Assembly: GCA_001655205.1 (NCBI GenBank)
Contig: LPNZ01008139.1
Location: 1-33,090 of the forward strand
DNA from: Lenisia limosa
Lineage: Eukaryota; Protista; Breviatea
Direction of reading: 5' to 3'
Length of the DNA stretch: 33,090 nucleotides
In this document: piece after piece, positions 1 through 11,935 of the stretch
Layout of the letters: every line of letters starts with the position of its first letter
Numbering within the stretch: the stretch's first letter is position 1
Translations under genes and position numbers: made by a program
Notes under the pieces: model-generated
What the model was told of the DNA's origin: nothing
What the model saw: the letters and a program-made list of their open reading frames with translations, nothing else
The model's database searches: none

Positions 1-60
1 GTGCAGAGAGAGGTGGGTCATCGGAAGGGTTGGGAAGCAGTGCAGAGAGAGGTGGGTCAT
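1..60 (+). repeat. 39-bp tandem duplication spanning a Myb exon end and 5' splice site
   Basis: GTGCAGAGAGAGGTGGGTCAT at 1-21 and 40-60. Confidence 0.9.
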
Positions 61-3000
61 TTATGACCTGAGTTCCATAAGATATGTTCACTGTAGAATT
101 TTCAGTTGAGACATGTTCACTTTAGAATGTGTAGCTTCTTTGTATACTGTTAGCGAACAGCTGTTCAATAGAATGATCCAGTACCCCTTTACTCATTTGC
201 TCCTGTTCATCAAATGGTTGTGCTGTTTGACATTGAAGGTGGCACAACCACCTCAACCCAAGTGTCCGCAAAGACCCGTTCACGAGCCAGGAAGAAAGTG
301 TGTAAGGGTGTTGTGGTCCTATGAAGGTTTTTTTTTTGGATATTTTTGTACCATGGATTCAAATGGAGAATGTTTGGCTGGGTGGTTCACTGGACCATTC
401 CAGCGGTACAGATATGATATTAATGCAAATGTTCATATCAATTCGGTACATAGTGGATCATCAAGGACTCGTACCGATTGTAACTTCCTCTTTTTATGAT
501 ATGCTCACACACAAGGCATTATTTGGAACGCACAGAACCGACTTGGTAACAAATGGGCTGAAATTGCCAAGCTTCTCCCTGGGAGGTCTGCTTTGATGGG
601 CTGTGTTCGAGTTTTTGGTCGTTATTTTCATCTGTAATTTGTGTTATTTCTTTTAATTTTAACAGTGTTTTTCAATATGTGATTTCTTGAGAGCCCTCTT
701 ACACTACAGGACGGATAATTCCATCAAAAACCACTGGAACTCGAGCATGCGCCGTAGTTTGACAAAATACAAGCAGTTCAAGCCAAAAGCAGGTTGGTGT
801 TCCTTGATTTGGTTTAATAATACGCACGGGATATTACCCTTGATTCTGTAGGACGAGTATCGGATGGTGAGGATGACACTGATGATGAGAAGAGAATACC
901 AAAGACAAAAGGGACTCCCAAGAGTGCGAAAGTGGGTGGTTTGCTCCGCTCTTGTTGTTTGATTGTTCGTATTATTTCCGGTGTATGGGATGTAGTCATC
1001 TTACTTCATTCTTCAAACCTTCACGTGTACTGTTCAAACAATTTATGATACGATATTCCACCCCCCCCCCCGTGACTCTTCAGCAGATTCCGGTGCGCAC
1101 ACCACGGAGCCGAAGAGTTACCCCAAGGTCTCGCTCTGCTGGGTAGGGGGGTGAGCTTACGAATAATGTGGCGGCAGCTCAATAGTTGGTCTGTATCTGC
1201 GATTGAAATAATCCAATATCTCTTATAAGCGTGANNNNNNNNNNNNNNNNNNNNNNNNNNNNNNNNNNNNAGCTGAAGTCTCATTTGTTTAGTTCACGAT
1301 CATCCGCTCACTATGGTAGCGAGTCCGAGGAGGAGGAAGGTGAGGGGACCCATGTGGTCGACTGAATATGCCGTATTGTACCACATTTAGGGCTTCACTT
1401 CGGTTCGACAAAAAGACTGAATTTCTCGATAAATTCTCGAAAACTGAAGTGAAGCCCAAACCACATTGCCTGGAGTTGTCAAAGGGATACTATAACCTTG
1501 ATTGCCCATCAGTATCTTGTATTTTTTACACAATTTTAGTGTATCCCATCAGTGCAGCCGCAACAGCTCCCACCCCCATCCCTATTCCGAGGGCAGCTGC
1601 TGACGCTGACGTTGTTTGTTGGGGCGTGGTGAAGGGGCTTTTCTAACATGGCACCGGCCAGTTCATAGCAGATTATATTTTGAAATCAAGACCTTGTTCA
1701 CGCCATAGGAGCCAAGAAGGTCCTCGCGGCAGGCCAAGAGGAAGACCGATGATGGAGCCGCTTTGCACCTCCTTGCTGCACACGTTAGTCTGGACCACAT
1801 TATCGAATGAGCTTATATGAATATATGGTGTTACTTTTCTCGTTTTGACTGGCATTTTCCACACCTCGGCTTCTGTACTTTTGTCTGAAATTATATATTA
1901 CTATAAGCATATGATATACTGTTGCAATTTGGGAAATTTTCACAAGTTCTTTCAGCGTATCCGTGTTGCTGACTGCTTAGGTGTTAGACGCGCGAAATAC
2001 TACCCCCGAAAACGAGGGTACGGCATCAACGCTACTTCCAGCCACGCCAGGTGGGCTGCTGGGCTCTGTTCTTTCCTTCAAACAGCAGATGAACAGATAT
2101 TGTGAATGTTGACGATTCCATAAGCTAGTATAATGTTTCTGCAATTTGACAATTCCCAGGAAGTCTAAATTGGGTAACATCAATATTTCTCGGGACTTTT
2201 CGACAATTGAGTCATAATGCGTTCTCTAGGCTCAGCACCTTTGAAATACCCCTTTGATAGTCCACGACGCTTCGGTAACTTACCAAGAGTGGGGGGGGGG
2301 GGNNNNNNNNNNNNNNNNNNNNNNNNNNNNNNNNNNNNNNNNNNNNNNNNNNNNNNNNNNNNNNNNNNNNNNNNNNNNNNNNNNNNNNNNNNNNNNNNNN
2401 NNNNNNNNNNNNNNNNNNNGCTGCGTTTGACCATTCAGGGCCCGTTTTCTCCCGGACTCGGACTAGTGATGGACCTCCCCAACATACCCGGCCTGGGGAC
2501 TGACCTTCCAGGATTGCCGTCCTTGAGCGCTGGCGGTATGTTTTAGGCTTGGAGGAACTGTACTTTTCTTTTCTGGGCCAAGAAAGGGGATTCTCATTTC
2601 CTTCAGAGATGGCAAGTCTGCCCAACCTCCTTGCTGACCTACCCGGTGTCGAGGGCTCGGTAGGCCGGGAGTGGAATGGTGCCAATTTGTCCATTCACTT
2701 GGTTGCTTTAAGCCAATATTCTGCACCGAAGTTTCCTTTGTTACCCGCTGGAGTGATGGGATGCGGTGCTGNNNNNNNNNNNNNNNNNNNNNNNNNNNNN
2801 NNNNNNNNNNNNNNNNNNNNNNNNNNNNNNNNNNNNNNNNNNNNNNNNNNNNNNNNNNNNNNNNNNNNNNNNNNNNNNNNNNNNNNNNNNNNNNNNNNNN
2901 NNNNNNNNNNNNNNNNNNNNNNNNNNNNNNNNNNNACCGACTTGGAGTCCATCCTGCATGACTCCAAGCAGCCTGCTCTCTTCCTCAGCCCCCCTCGCCA

Positions 3001-5189
3001 TCCGCGTATGTTTTCTTCTTTCCAACACCCTCTTGTGGTTACTCCAAATATATTGTACAAAGATCATGTAGAATGTTAGATACTCTCTTCTTTTCTCATT
3101 CCAATATTCTACACAGAGTTATTTTTGTTTTTGGTCTAAAGCGACCCAAACTTAACATTACTGACCTGGTAGTCTCCCCTTCCCACGCTCTCTCCTCCGA
3201 CATTGACAGTATTGCAAAGGCTCTATCCCCGCAACGGTATGCTCTATGGCTGAGGGGAATATTGATTCACACAACATAGTGTAAGGAGCTTATACATTAA
3301 TCAACTCCTCTTATGATAACATTTGTATATCTTGCTAACTTTGTCGTTCTCTATATTATAGTTCTCTTTTCTTTTTTCTTTTTTGTGTTTTCTTAAGTGT
3401 TCTGTTTTGCTTCATCCTTTTATCCTTTTGACCTGATAGACCCGCCAACAGTTCCAGCTTACGCCCAAACCTCGATTCCCCAACTGGTTTGCAAACTCTA
3501 CCAAAGTGTAACAAAATTGATCTCTTTCCTATTTTGTAGTTGCCTTTTTGAGACGGGCTACTGATCGCTTAGATCCGACCCTGACTGCCGTCATGAGCTC
3601 CCCGCCGCCAGCATTATCCAAAAAGAAAACGCCACACTCCCGTCGTGATCCCTCCTTTGGTAGGTTCGAATGTAACCGTTTGTAATACCAAAAATAAACT
3701 GCCTCTAATGGTTAATGGTTAGAATAAACTGCCTCTAATGGTTAGAATGGAGCCAGCCCGAGAGTCCTTCAAAGTTCAAGTCGCCGCGACGCTCGAGATG
3801 GTCCGGTCTCTATGTCCAGGACGACGCTAACCCGGGTGCCCCTGACATCGCGTCACCGCCTCGGTATGCGGCTTCATGGGTACCCACCACCCTCGCTTTT
3901 TTCAATTCAATCTATTTGGAGTTGTTTTATTTTTTTATTTGTTTGTAATAGCGTTTTTTTGAAAGGTGTATTCACTATTTAGAACTGGGCGAGTGTTGTT
4001 TGAAATGAAGTACAACTCACCAGGCGGTCCCCAGCCCCACGGCCAAAGGTCTTATGATGTTGGCGATGTTAAGGTGGGGGGGGGGNNNNNNNNNNNNNNN
4101 NNNNNNNNNNNNNNNNNNNNNNNNNNNNNNNNNNNNNNNNNNNNNNNNNNNNNNNNNNNNNNNNNNNNNNNNNNNNNNNNNTATCATATTTTCCGAGGAT
4201 CTCGCACATAGCCCAGACCATTGCGGCAGTTGACTGACGCTTTAGGTGGATCTCCCGACGTCAAATGACTCAGTTTCACTCACAGGCGATGCTCGCGTCA
4301 ACCAGTTCCCTCAGGTCAGCTACCGGGTGCGAAAGACCCGGTTTCTTGATCGATATTTTTCCGTTTGTTCGCACATTTCAATATCCATTTTGATAGCGTT
4401 GTTCGCACATAGTCTTAATGTGACATTTTAGGGCGTCTCTCTTGACTTAACTGCCAACTCTCCGCTTTACATTCGAGGAGTAGGGGGGTAACCAGTCTAA
4501 GACGTTGGGAGAAAAAAGGGGGGAGGGGGGGGGGGACTGAAAAAGCAAGAGAGCAAATAACCGTTCTCTGTATCTATGTATAACCGCCAATGCACAAGTG
4601 GTACATCAGTTACATCAGTTACATTCCGGCCTCACCTGACCCCAGGCCCTCCCCTCAATGAACGGAGCCAAAATCGGCCCCGACGGCAAGACCATCAACA
4701 AGCCGCCCGCCTTCCCCTCCGGTACCGTAGCCACTCAGCTGAGCCCCGTCAGTCTGTCAAGAAGAGGCACACACCGCGACGCCTCGATAACGATCCACCC
4801 GGGTCCTTCGATTCACACCCGGGTTCGCTTGTCGCTATTGTGCATTATGACCGTGAATTTTCCTGACATGGACATTCCCCTTGTATGCTATCACTTTTCT
4901 AACCCCTCCCCCTCCTCAGCCGCCGGACCTAGAGTCTGAGGAACGTGGTGCGGCCCTTCTCCGTGGGTTGTCGCCCCTCCGGCCGCGTGCACCGCCATCT
5001 GAGGCCATCCACTCGCGAGACTCCCGCCCGCTGGTAGGCCCGGTGTGGGGTATCGAATATTGTAGTGTCAAAGTATTTGGATTTTTTTCAAATGTTAACT
5101 GTGAGAGCGGTATGGGAGAGTGCAGTATGTACGGACGTACAGAAGCAGCTCTCGCCTTGAGTAGCTGTAATGTACCACAGTGTTTATAA
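1..5189 (+). CDS. c-Myb-like (3R-MYB type) transcription factor, multi-exon; 5' end lies before the window, 3' end uncertain (about 5035-5189)
   Basis: Exons <=22-51, 239-297, 516-585 and 710-792 splice in phase to GRVGKQCRER|WHNHLNPSVRKDPFTSQEES|IIWNAQNRLGNKWAEIAKLLPGR|TDNSIKNHWNSSMRR, i.e. the end of Myb repeat R2 and all of R3. GKQCRERWHNHL and RTDNxIKNHWNS are c-Myb/3R signatures. Further GT-AG exons continue as an S/T-P-rich tail: 852-931, 1084-1142, 1293-1339, 1558-1613, 1709-1783, 1981-2050, 2230-2274, 2439-2535, 2607-2659, <=2936-3005, 3173-3236, 3440-3486, 3540-3659, 3746-3863, 4024-4073, 4246-4314, 4646-4822, 4920 onward. Most joins are phase-consistent; joins across N gaps and around 3863-4246 are unresolved. 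Confidence is high for the Myb domain and moderate for the tail. Confidence 0.9.
1209..1234 (+). repeat. Dispersed repeat A (intronic), copy 1, runs into an N gap
   Basis: TAATCCAATATCTCTTATAAGCGTGA is the exact reverse complement of 22510-22535 (26/26). Confidence 0.8.
2749..2771 (+). repeat. Dispersed repeat B (intronic), copy 1, runs into an N gap
   Basis: TGGAGTGATGGGATGCGGTGCTG matches the reverse complement of 22300-22322 at 22/23. Confidence 0.75.
3694..3750 (+). repeat. Tandem duplication ending at a Myb 3' splice site
   Basis: AATAAACTGCCTCTAATGGTT occurs twice; the second copy runs into the acceptor at 3744-3745. Confidence 0.85.
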
Positions 5190-5719
5190 TGCCATGCACA
5201 TATCGTATGTACTGAAAAACACCCCCCTTGATACCTTAATGTGACGCTTAAGGCTGTTTCGAAGCAGCCAAGAGCGCTTTTAGGAGACATCAACGAAAAT
5301 GAAGGTTGGAATCATTTGGAACAATTTTGTGTAATCATAGTAATATTTAATGTCGTTGATATCATTCTATCGTCATCGTTTCTGGCCAAGGTGAAAAGAA
5401 CCCTTGAACCTTGATTATTCAACATGTTTTAGTTCTGACCCCCCCCCCCTAGAATCTCTTTTCGTTAACTCTGAGCTGGACTAATTATTGGTTGTATAAT
5501 GTGCTGTATCTTTAATGTATTTATATAGTTTTTGGTATCCACTCTGAGGAAAACGCAAACTCTCTCAACCCGCATCCTGTATAATTCATATGGAAGTGTC
5601 AACACACTGATAATTAAAATATGCTGAAATGGTACAAAATAACTTTGCTTGTATACACTGAACTAATATACATCAATACCATAAGCCCTGAATCACCAAA
5701 GATAAGGGCGTGAAACAGA

Positions 5720-8700
5720 TTAAGAAGGAAGAATAGAAGGAAGAAATTCGTAATTACTCAGGAAATACAAAACACCGTAAACTGTCGAGGAGATGCCAAT
5801 CACCACCAGAACAATGGACAACCTTGGGAATGAGCATATAATATTTGGTCCAAAAACAATCTCAAAAAAAGGGTTTGCTGACCGTTCACCGAAAGAAAAT
5901 GTAAGTCCTACTCCCTCAGCTAGAGACCCACCATGAGACGCCAGAAGCCAGAGGAACGTAGATGTCAGGTGTCTTCTCGAAAACAGAGGCTTTGGGGAAC
6001 ATGAACTGGTAGAACCGCTGAACTTCAGCGAAGGCCTGACCAGATGAGACACTGGGAAGAGATATCAAAAAAGCAGTCAAAATACCTGCTGCTTGTAACA
6101 CAAATATGAGAGTGCCCCCCCCCCACGGGGAGTGTGAGGATACCCCACAGACTTCGGCGTTCGGATTAGTTTCGTTCATGTTGTCATTGAGGCAAATGAA
6201 CTTCGGACGCCGTGTCCGTAAGTGGTTCAAAACATCGCGCACGTGCTCCAAGTTGTCTGTCACCATGTTGAAGCCAACCTCATCCGTGTTGGCGATCTGC
6301 GATCTAAAATTTTGAGCACCATTTGTATCATTAACAGATGTTATATGGACTTTCCCTCCCCAATACTTGTACTTTGTTGTCTTGTGCATTCCAAAGATCA
6401 GTTCCTCAATTTCTGGGTTTGAACTAAATGGTGAAACACTTGCCCAAATAAAAAGATGATGACAGTATCAATACCAGACCTTAGTATCATATGTTATACG
6501 CTTTTAGCTGACCCAAGGCCATACCAGACCTTAATTTGCTTCTTGGCAATGTGGTATTGTGAATGAGGGACTCGAATACATCATCGAAATGGCTACTTGA
6601 GCGAGACCAGGTGAAGTCCCCGTCTGTATCAAGTAAACACTAGCATGAGAATAAACAAAGATTTGCGATAGTATGCAGCAAGAAGTGTGGCCGATGTAGG
6701 TGCAACAAGCAATTACCCCTCCCCCCACAGCTCCATCGACTGCTGAACGCTCCAGTTCCGCTTTCAGTTCCGTTAAGAGCAGCTGAGAACTGCGACAGAA
6801 ACGCGGCAGTGTCGTCAGTGGAGTTGCTGAGGTGTGAAGCTTGCGGGTGTTTTGTCGGTCCATTCTACTAAAAAAAAGACCATTGCTACTAAATCATTTT
6901 GGCTAATAGAGTTGCTCATGGAGTATTGAAAACCCCTGTCTGACTTAGCGGAAGCATGTGCAGACCTGGAGGCTGAAGAATTAGTGGCAATGCTGCCTGA
7001 AGGAACGTCGGAAGTAGCTCCTTCTGATTCTGCTTCTGCTTCCGACGCTGACTTTTTCGAACTGCTTTGTTCCGAATCCGAGTCAACAGAGTCCCCAGAA
7101 AGATCGGGATGAGTCTCTATTACGGCGGCGCTGTCATCGCAATCAGTGTCATCAGGCTTCTCTCCAAAAATGAAATTTCGGATCTAAATGATCATAACTC
7201 CAGGCAAAAAATAGGGGGAGGGGGGCTATGGAAAATACCATCAAATGATAATGAGTTCCGACCTTCAGGGAGTTGTCAGACGAGATTCGGGAGTCCTCTA
7301 TCCAGGCTATCAGAGTTTGGAGCTCATTGCCATTCAGAACCCTACAGCATCACAATTTAAAAGTGGAAAAATGTACAATAATTGTATTCCATCACTGACA
7401 CTAAAGCGGGATTGTTTTCTCTAAATACCCTCCTTATCACCTCTCCTTAAAAATATGTAAGCCATCCCCCGTACCCGTCTCCATCAGTGTCCAGGTAGTG
7501 GTTCCAGAAGTAGCTTTCAGCCCCCTCCAGCGGGCAGTCAATTATATACTGAAAGAAGGCAAAGGCATATTGCATGTCTTTCTGCACGGGTGAATGGCAT
7601 GGTCTGCAGCCTCCCCACTTCGAAATACGACATGCTTTGGGTACGCTTTCAACTTTTAAAGAGAAGTCCCCAATAGATTCATTTACATATCATATGATTT
7701 GAGTCTGTGGCTTTTACTCCAAATAGACTAAAAAAAAGAGTTCTTTTTGTGAGACGACTATTATCATGCGCCCCCCCCCCCCNNNNNNNNNNNNNNNNNN
7801 NNNNNNNNNNNNNNNNNNNNNNNNNNNNNNNNNNNNNNNNNNNNNNNNNNNNNNNNNNNNNNNNNNNNNNNNTAGGAAACAACGCCTGAAGTTCTCTCAT
7901 CACTGCAGTGTCAATGAAATGCGGCATATGTGAGGGCACACGCCTAGTCCGTGTGGACCGTCCAAATTTGGCCGTGTAGAGCCTGGGGGTGGAAGATGAG
8001 ATGAATTACGAAACGGAAAAATAAATTTCTTCAAAAAAGTGTTTGGGCTAGGGAAATCCATATCAACTTCGTACCTATCTACATGCTTCAAGCTTGCGCT
8101 GTACATATCTTTCAATTGACGCTGAAATGTGAAGGAAGGTGGAAAAGAAATCATGTCATTCAAAATGCGTGCTAGTGTTATATGCATATGATATGGATAT
8201 TTTACGAAGACTAGAAAAAAGGGGAATGCTGCCGAAGCTGTTGTTATAAACTGTTCTCAATTACCTTAAAAGCCGCAGTCATCACCATCGGGGCCTCTTC
8301 ATCCTGGAACAGTAAAGACAAACCGAAACTATCACCATCAAACAACTTGCTTACGTGTGAGGGTGCTACTTTGTCCGAGATACTGTCTAAGGCGTGGAGG
8401 AGCTGTCGAGATCCGAAAACTAGAGTCATAATTGGCGACCTTCAGGTCAATCTGCTATGGAAGGTATATGATTGCGGCAATAAACAATCTGGTGCTCCCA
8501 AGGTAAAAATGGCTTAATTTGAACCCTTTAAAGAGTGTCCTCGACAACTCTTGAATAACCAATATTTTTCAGCTGAAGTGAAGTCAAAGAGTACTGATAT
8601 TGGTAGCAGTGTTACCATATCATATGAAAGAGTAGCGCGTATAATTCGCCCATTACTGGGTTGGCCATCGTCACTACTGTCTGAGCTGCTCTCTTCTTCT

Positions 8701-11700
8701 TCAGGGGCAGAAGACGTTTGTTCAGTTGACGTTGATGGGATCGACGAAGACTCTGAAAGCAGTCAAATTGCCAGTTCTTTGAGGGAAAGCGAGTCATTTG
8801 AACAAAAATATGATAATATTTCGATGAAGTTTCGTTGATGACGATTCGTTACCGACAAAAGAAAACAATTTATCAAAAAATCTTACAAAAAGTATTGATA
8901 ATGAATGGCCTTGTTCAACCAAAGCCCACGCTCACCATCAAGCGAGGAGTTGGAGGACAGGCCGAGCGACGATGCTGATGCGACGGTGACGTTGAACGAC
9001 ACTCTCACCATGGCCTTCTGCAGCTTGGTGCCGAAGTCATCTGAACCATCCGAGTCGGCAGCTAGGTCCTGCGGTGCGTCATTGCGATTCTAATGGAATT
9101 GTATGGACTGGTCATTCATGATACTACAGCCCTTTGCAAACACAGTCTTGCATGTAAACCCAGATTTTGTTCTGAAGTAAGTACCATAAACACTGGTGCA
9201 CTGGGATGAAAGAATAAACCACCTTGTTGTAGAAGAGGAGGTCAAAAGACGAGAACTGGGCACCAGAAGAAGGCGGTTGGAAGGTCAGCGAAAGGGCTCG
9301 GTTGTCCTCAGAATGGACGGCAGCTCGGATGAGGTTGGAGTTGTCGTAGTCAGCCAAGGTCATCTCGAACCCGTTTCTGGGCTGTTAGAACTGTGCAATG
9401 ACAAGATTGACAGAAATGAGTACCACATCACTACCAAGGTACAGGCGTTCAAAAATTGGTTACCAAATGATCAGTGTATTTGTTCGACAACCTTCCAATA
9501 CCCCCCCACTCTACCCAGTGCACTGTGTCAATACCCCCCCACTCTACCCAGTGCGCTGTGTCAAGTAGTGCGACGTAGACCGGCGGGAGAACAACATCCG
9601 TCGTGTTTGGCCGAAGCTTAATGACGGGTACATTAAACTCCTGGGGGAGGGTTACATTGGCTAGTTCTAATTTAATAGAGAATCTTTGGGGAATGCATGG
9701 CTAACTGCTCAAATCTATAAGTGAACAATCAAATACCAACCTCTAGTTTATTCCTGTCAAGGCAATCAAAAGCGTCATAGCCACATTCAGCATGGCCACA
9801 CGCCCTGTCACAGAACTTATCTCCAATGTAACTGAATCATTAACTGACATAATACCCCTAGTAATATACTATGTACATGTATATTAATACACGAGAAAGG
9901 AGAGAACCGAGATAAGAATAACCAAGAAATCCCCCCCCCCCCCNNNNNNNNNNNNNNNNNNNNNNNNNNNNNNNNNNNNNNNNNNNNNNNNNNNNNNNNN
10001 NNNNNNNNNNNNNNNNNNNNNNNNNNNNNNNNNNNNNNNNNNNNNNNNNNNNNNNNNNNNNNNNNNNNNNNNNNNNNNNCCGTCCCCCTACGAAGTCACG
10101 CAAAGATGTTCATTTTCAAGGAGGAAAGAACGATTATGGCATAATGGTCATGAAAACAAAAACAAGATAAACGGCTCACCTCCAGAAGAGGCTGTGGCAT
10201 TGACACAATCCGGATAGTCAAAGTTGCACTCTGTCACATTGCATGCGGTGTCACAATAGCCGTCACCTGTGGGTCAGCTTTATGGGGCTTTTGAGACCTT
10301 AGTGAAGTCCTAATGACTCCCTCCAGCCTACCGATGTAAGATGCCTGGCAACCTGGTGCACAGCTTGGCACCTCCCATGCTTGGTACAGCTGGTAGCCCG
10401 ACGATTGCGAATAGAAGTCCTCAAGGTAAACTTCATTACTGGAAAGTTAAGCAATATTCCCTGAGGGAGATGATAAGACCTTCGGATCAAAAGCGAATTC
10501 TCAAATAAATCCTCAATATATCTCTCAATGGTTCCAGTCAAGATAAGTTCAAAAGTCTGTGTTAATTTGAGAGCAAAATACAGTACAAGCTACATAACCT
10601 ATTCCCAATGCAAAAAGACCCAACCCTCCAAAATACATATAATATATATACTATATAATATGCATATGTAGTTATTTCCCACAAAGCCCACAAACCCAAA
10701 CATTACGTCGTCATTGAGATAGATAAACCTGGGAAGTGAGTCATCAAAAAGGGGGTAGATAGATGCTATGCAGAATTCAATTCTGCTATATTTCCTCTGC
10801 TGTTCAAGCAAGTACAGAGGAGTCCTCCACCTGATATAATAGATATTTCCGTTCTGATCTTCTATACTGCGAAAGAAATTCGATTATGGTCTTCAGACCT
10901 AAGCCATCATACCTTGGAGCGAGTCCAGGGATATGGTGGAGATTGGCCTCAATTGCAGGGGATGAAAAGGTGGGTAGGTGGGATTGGTTGGCGAAAATGG
11001 TGCTGTGCGGAACAACAGTTACCCTATTGCGATTAACAACATTTTTTGTAACAAAATCGGAATAGACAAACACTCTCTGTTGGATAGAAAAGAGCCAAAA
11101 ACAACAAAGAGGAACGATTGCATGAAGATGAGGCCAACCTGGGGTGTGCCGTATTGAGCCAAGACGGTACCTGACCATTAGTGACAATGTGTACGTGGCG
11201 GACCCAGGGGCAAAACTTCTCAACCGATCTCAGACTGTATAGCAGCTCGTTGTTGTCTGAATATTAAACAAGGGCTGATGATTTACTGTCTCTCGTAAAC
11301 AGTAGAATATCCCCGATTCTGATGTACCTTTAACCTGCAATATAGCGCAGTGTAATGCCCAACAAAACTTCATAATTCCCTAGTGTGACAAGCCCTCACC
11401 TCTGAATCTGCTTGCCATGCTTTCCACAACAACATCCTCCTCCAGCCGTGTGTTCATTTCTAGGATAATCACAAAGAGAGTATGTAGTGTTTCCCCATTT
11501 TGTGTAAACTGAATGTCGGACAAATAAAACTTTGAGGACTTTCTCTTTCCATTTCTTGTATAGTATGATGAAACATATGCTCAGGCATTCATAAGAACCC
11601 CGCATACGGGTGTAGAGGTCAGGGTCTGAGCCGTTCACCCATGTATAACTGAAAGGTGAGACTTACATTGGCTTCTTATTCAGAACTAAATCGCACAAGC

Positions 11701-11935
11701 TCACCCCGTGCGATTCGGTTATTTAAAAACAGACTAATACTGAGTAATGTCAACATGGCCAAAAATGAGACCCCATCCCAGCAAACACAATGTCAACAGA
11801 GTGAGGATCAATAGCATAGTTGACAGCAAAACCGGGATTTGGCGTCAGATTTGACAATGTCAGTAGTATCCAGAAAAAGATCAGGACAATAAGTGCAAGG
11901 AAGAGGCGATACCGGCTGAGTCGAGAGATATTCAT
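5720..11935 (-). CDS. GNPTAB: UDP-GlcNAc:lysosomal enzyme GlcNAc-1-phosphotransferase alpha/beta precursor (Stealth family), multi-exon
   Basis: N-terminal TM exon 11935-11787. Stealth CR1 VDIV|YTWVNGSDP (11648-11608). CR2 SRFR|[33 protein letters not shown] (11459-11400, 11256-11139), then [29 protein letters not shown] and [14 protein letters not shown]1 [35 protein letters not shown]2 [39 protein letters not shown] (8121-8075). CR3 [10 protein letters not shown] and [14 protein letters not shown]-hand DTDGDG|VLNGNE. CR4 [11 protein letters not shown], then [15 protein letters not shown]-terminal hydrophobic segment ends at the stop at 5720. Confidence 0.96.
6471..6533 (-). repeat. 13-bp duplicated GNPTAB donor context, 50-bp spacing
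   Basis: ATACCAGACCTTA at 6471-6483 and 6521-6533, which is TAAG|GTCTGGTAT on the minus strand. Confidence 0.65.
9496..9564 (-). repeat. 33-bp tandem duplication spanning a GNPTAB exon end and donor
   Basis: CAATACCCCCCCACTCTACCCAGTGC(A/G)CTGTGT x2, one mismatch. Confidence 0.9.

Noticed and set aside
1340-1365. TGA at 1363-1365 as the Myb stop
   Set aside because: A strong GTGAGG donor at 1340 and a long chain of in-phase downstream exons favour continuation; a short isoform cannot be excluded.
1518-1645. Minus-strand frame ending in a hydrophobic tail (SAAALGIGMGVGAVAAALMGYTKIV*) suggesting a tail-anchored protein
   Set aside because: It is antisense to a phase-consistent plus-strand Myb exon (1558-1613), and no coherent upstream minus-strand exons could be joined.
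1710-1783. AT-hook-like GPRGRPRGRP in an alternative frame of a Myb exon
   Set aside because: Only the EPRRSSRQAKRK frame fits the splice phases of both neighbouring exons.
2212-2694. Longer ORFs in the track, including 2212-2694(-), 4916-5293(-), 8551-8838(+), 9196-9621(+), 21924-22196(+), 28410-28772(-) and 29826-30011(-)
   Set aside because: Antisense shadows of real exons or ORFs extended through N runs; no recognisable motifs.
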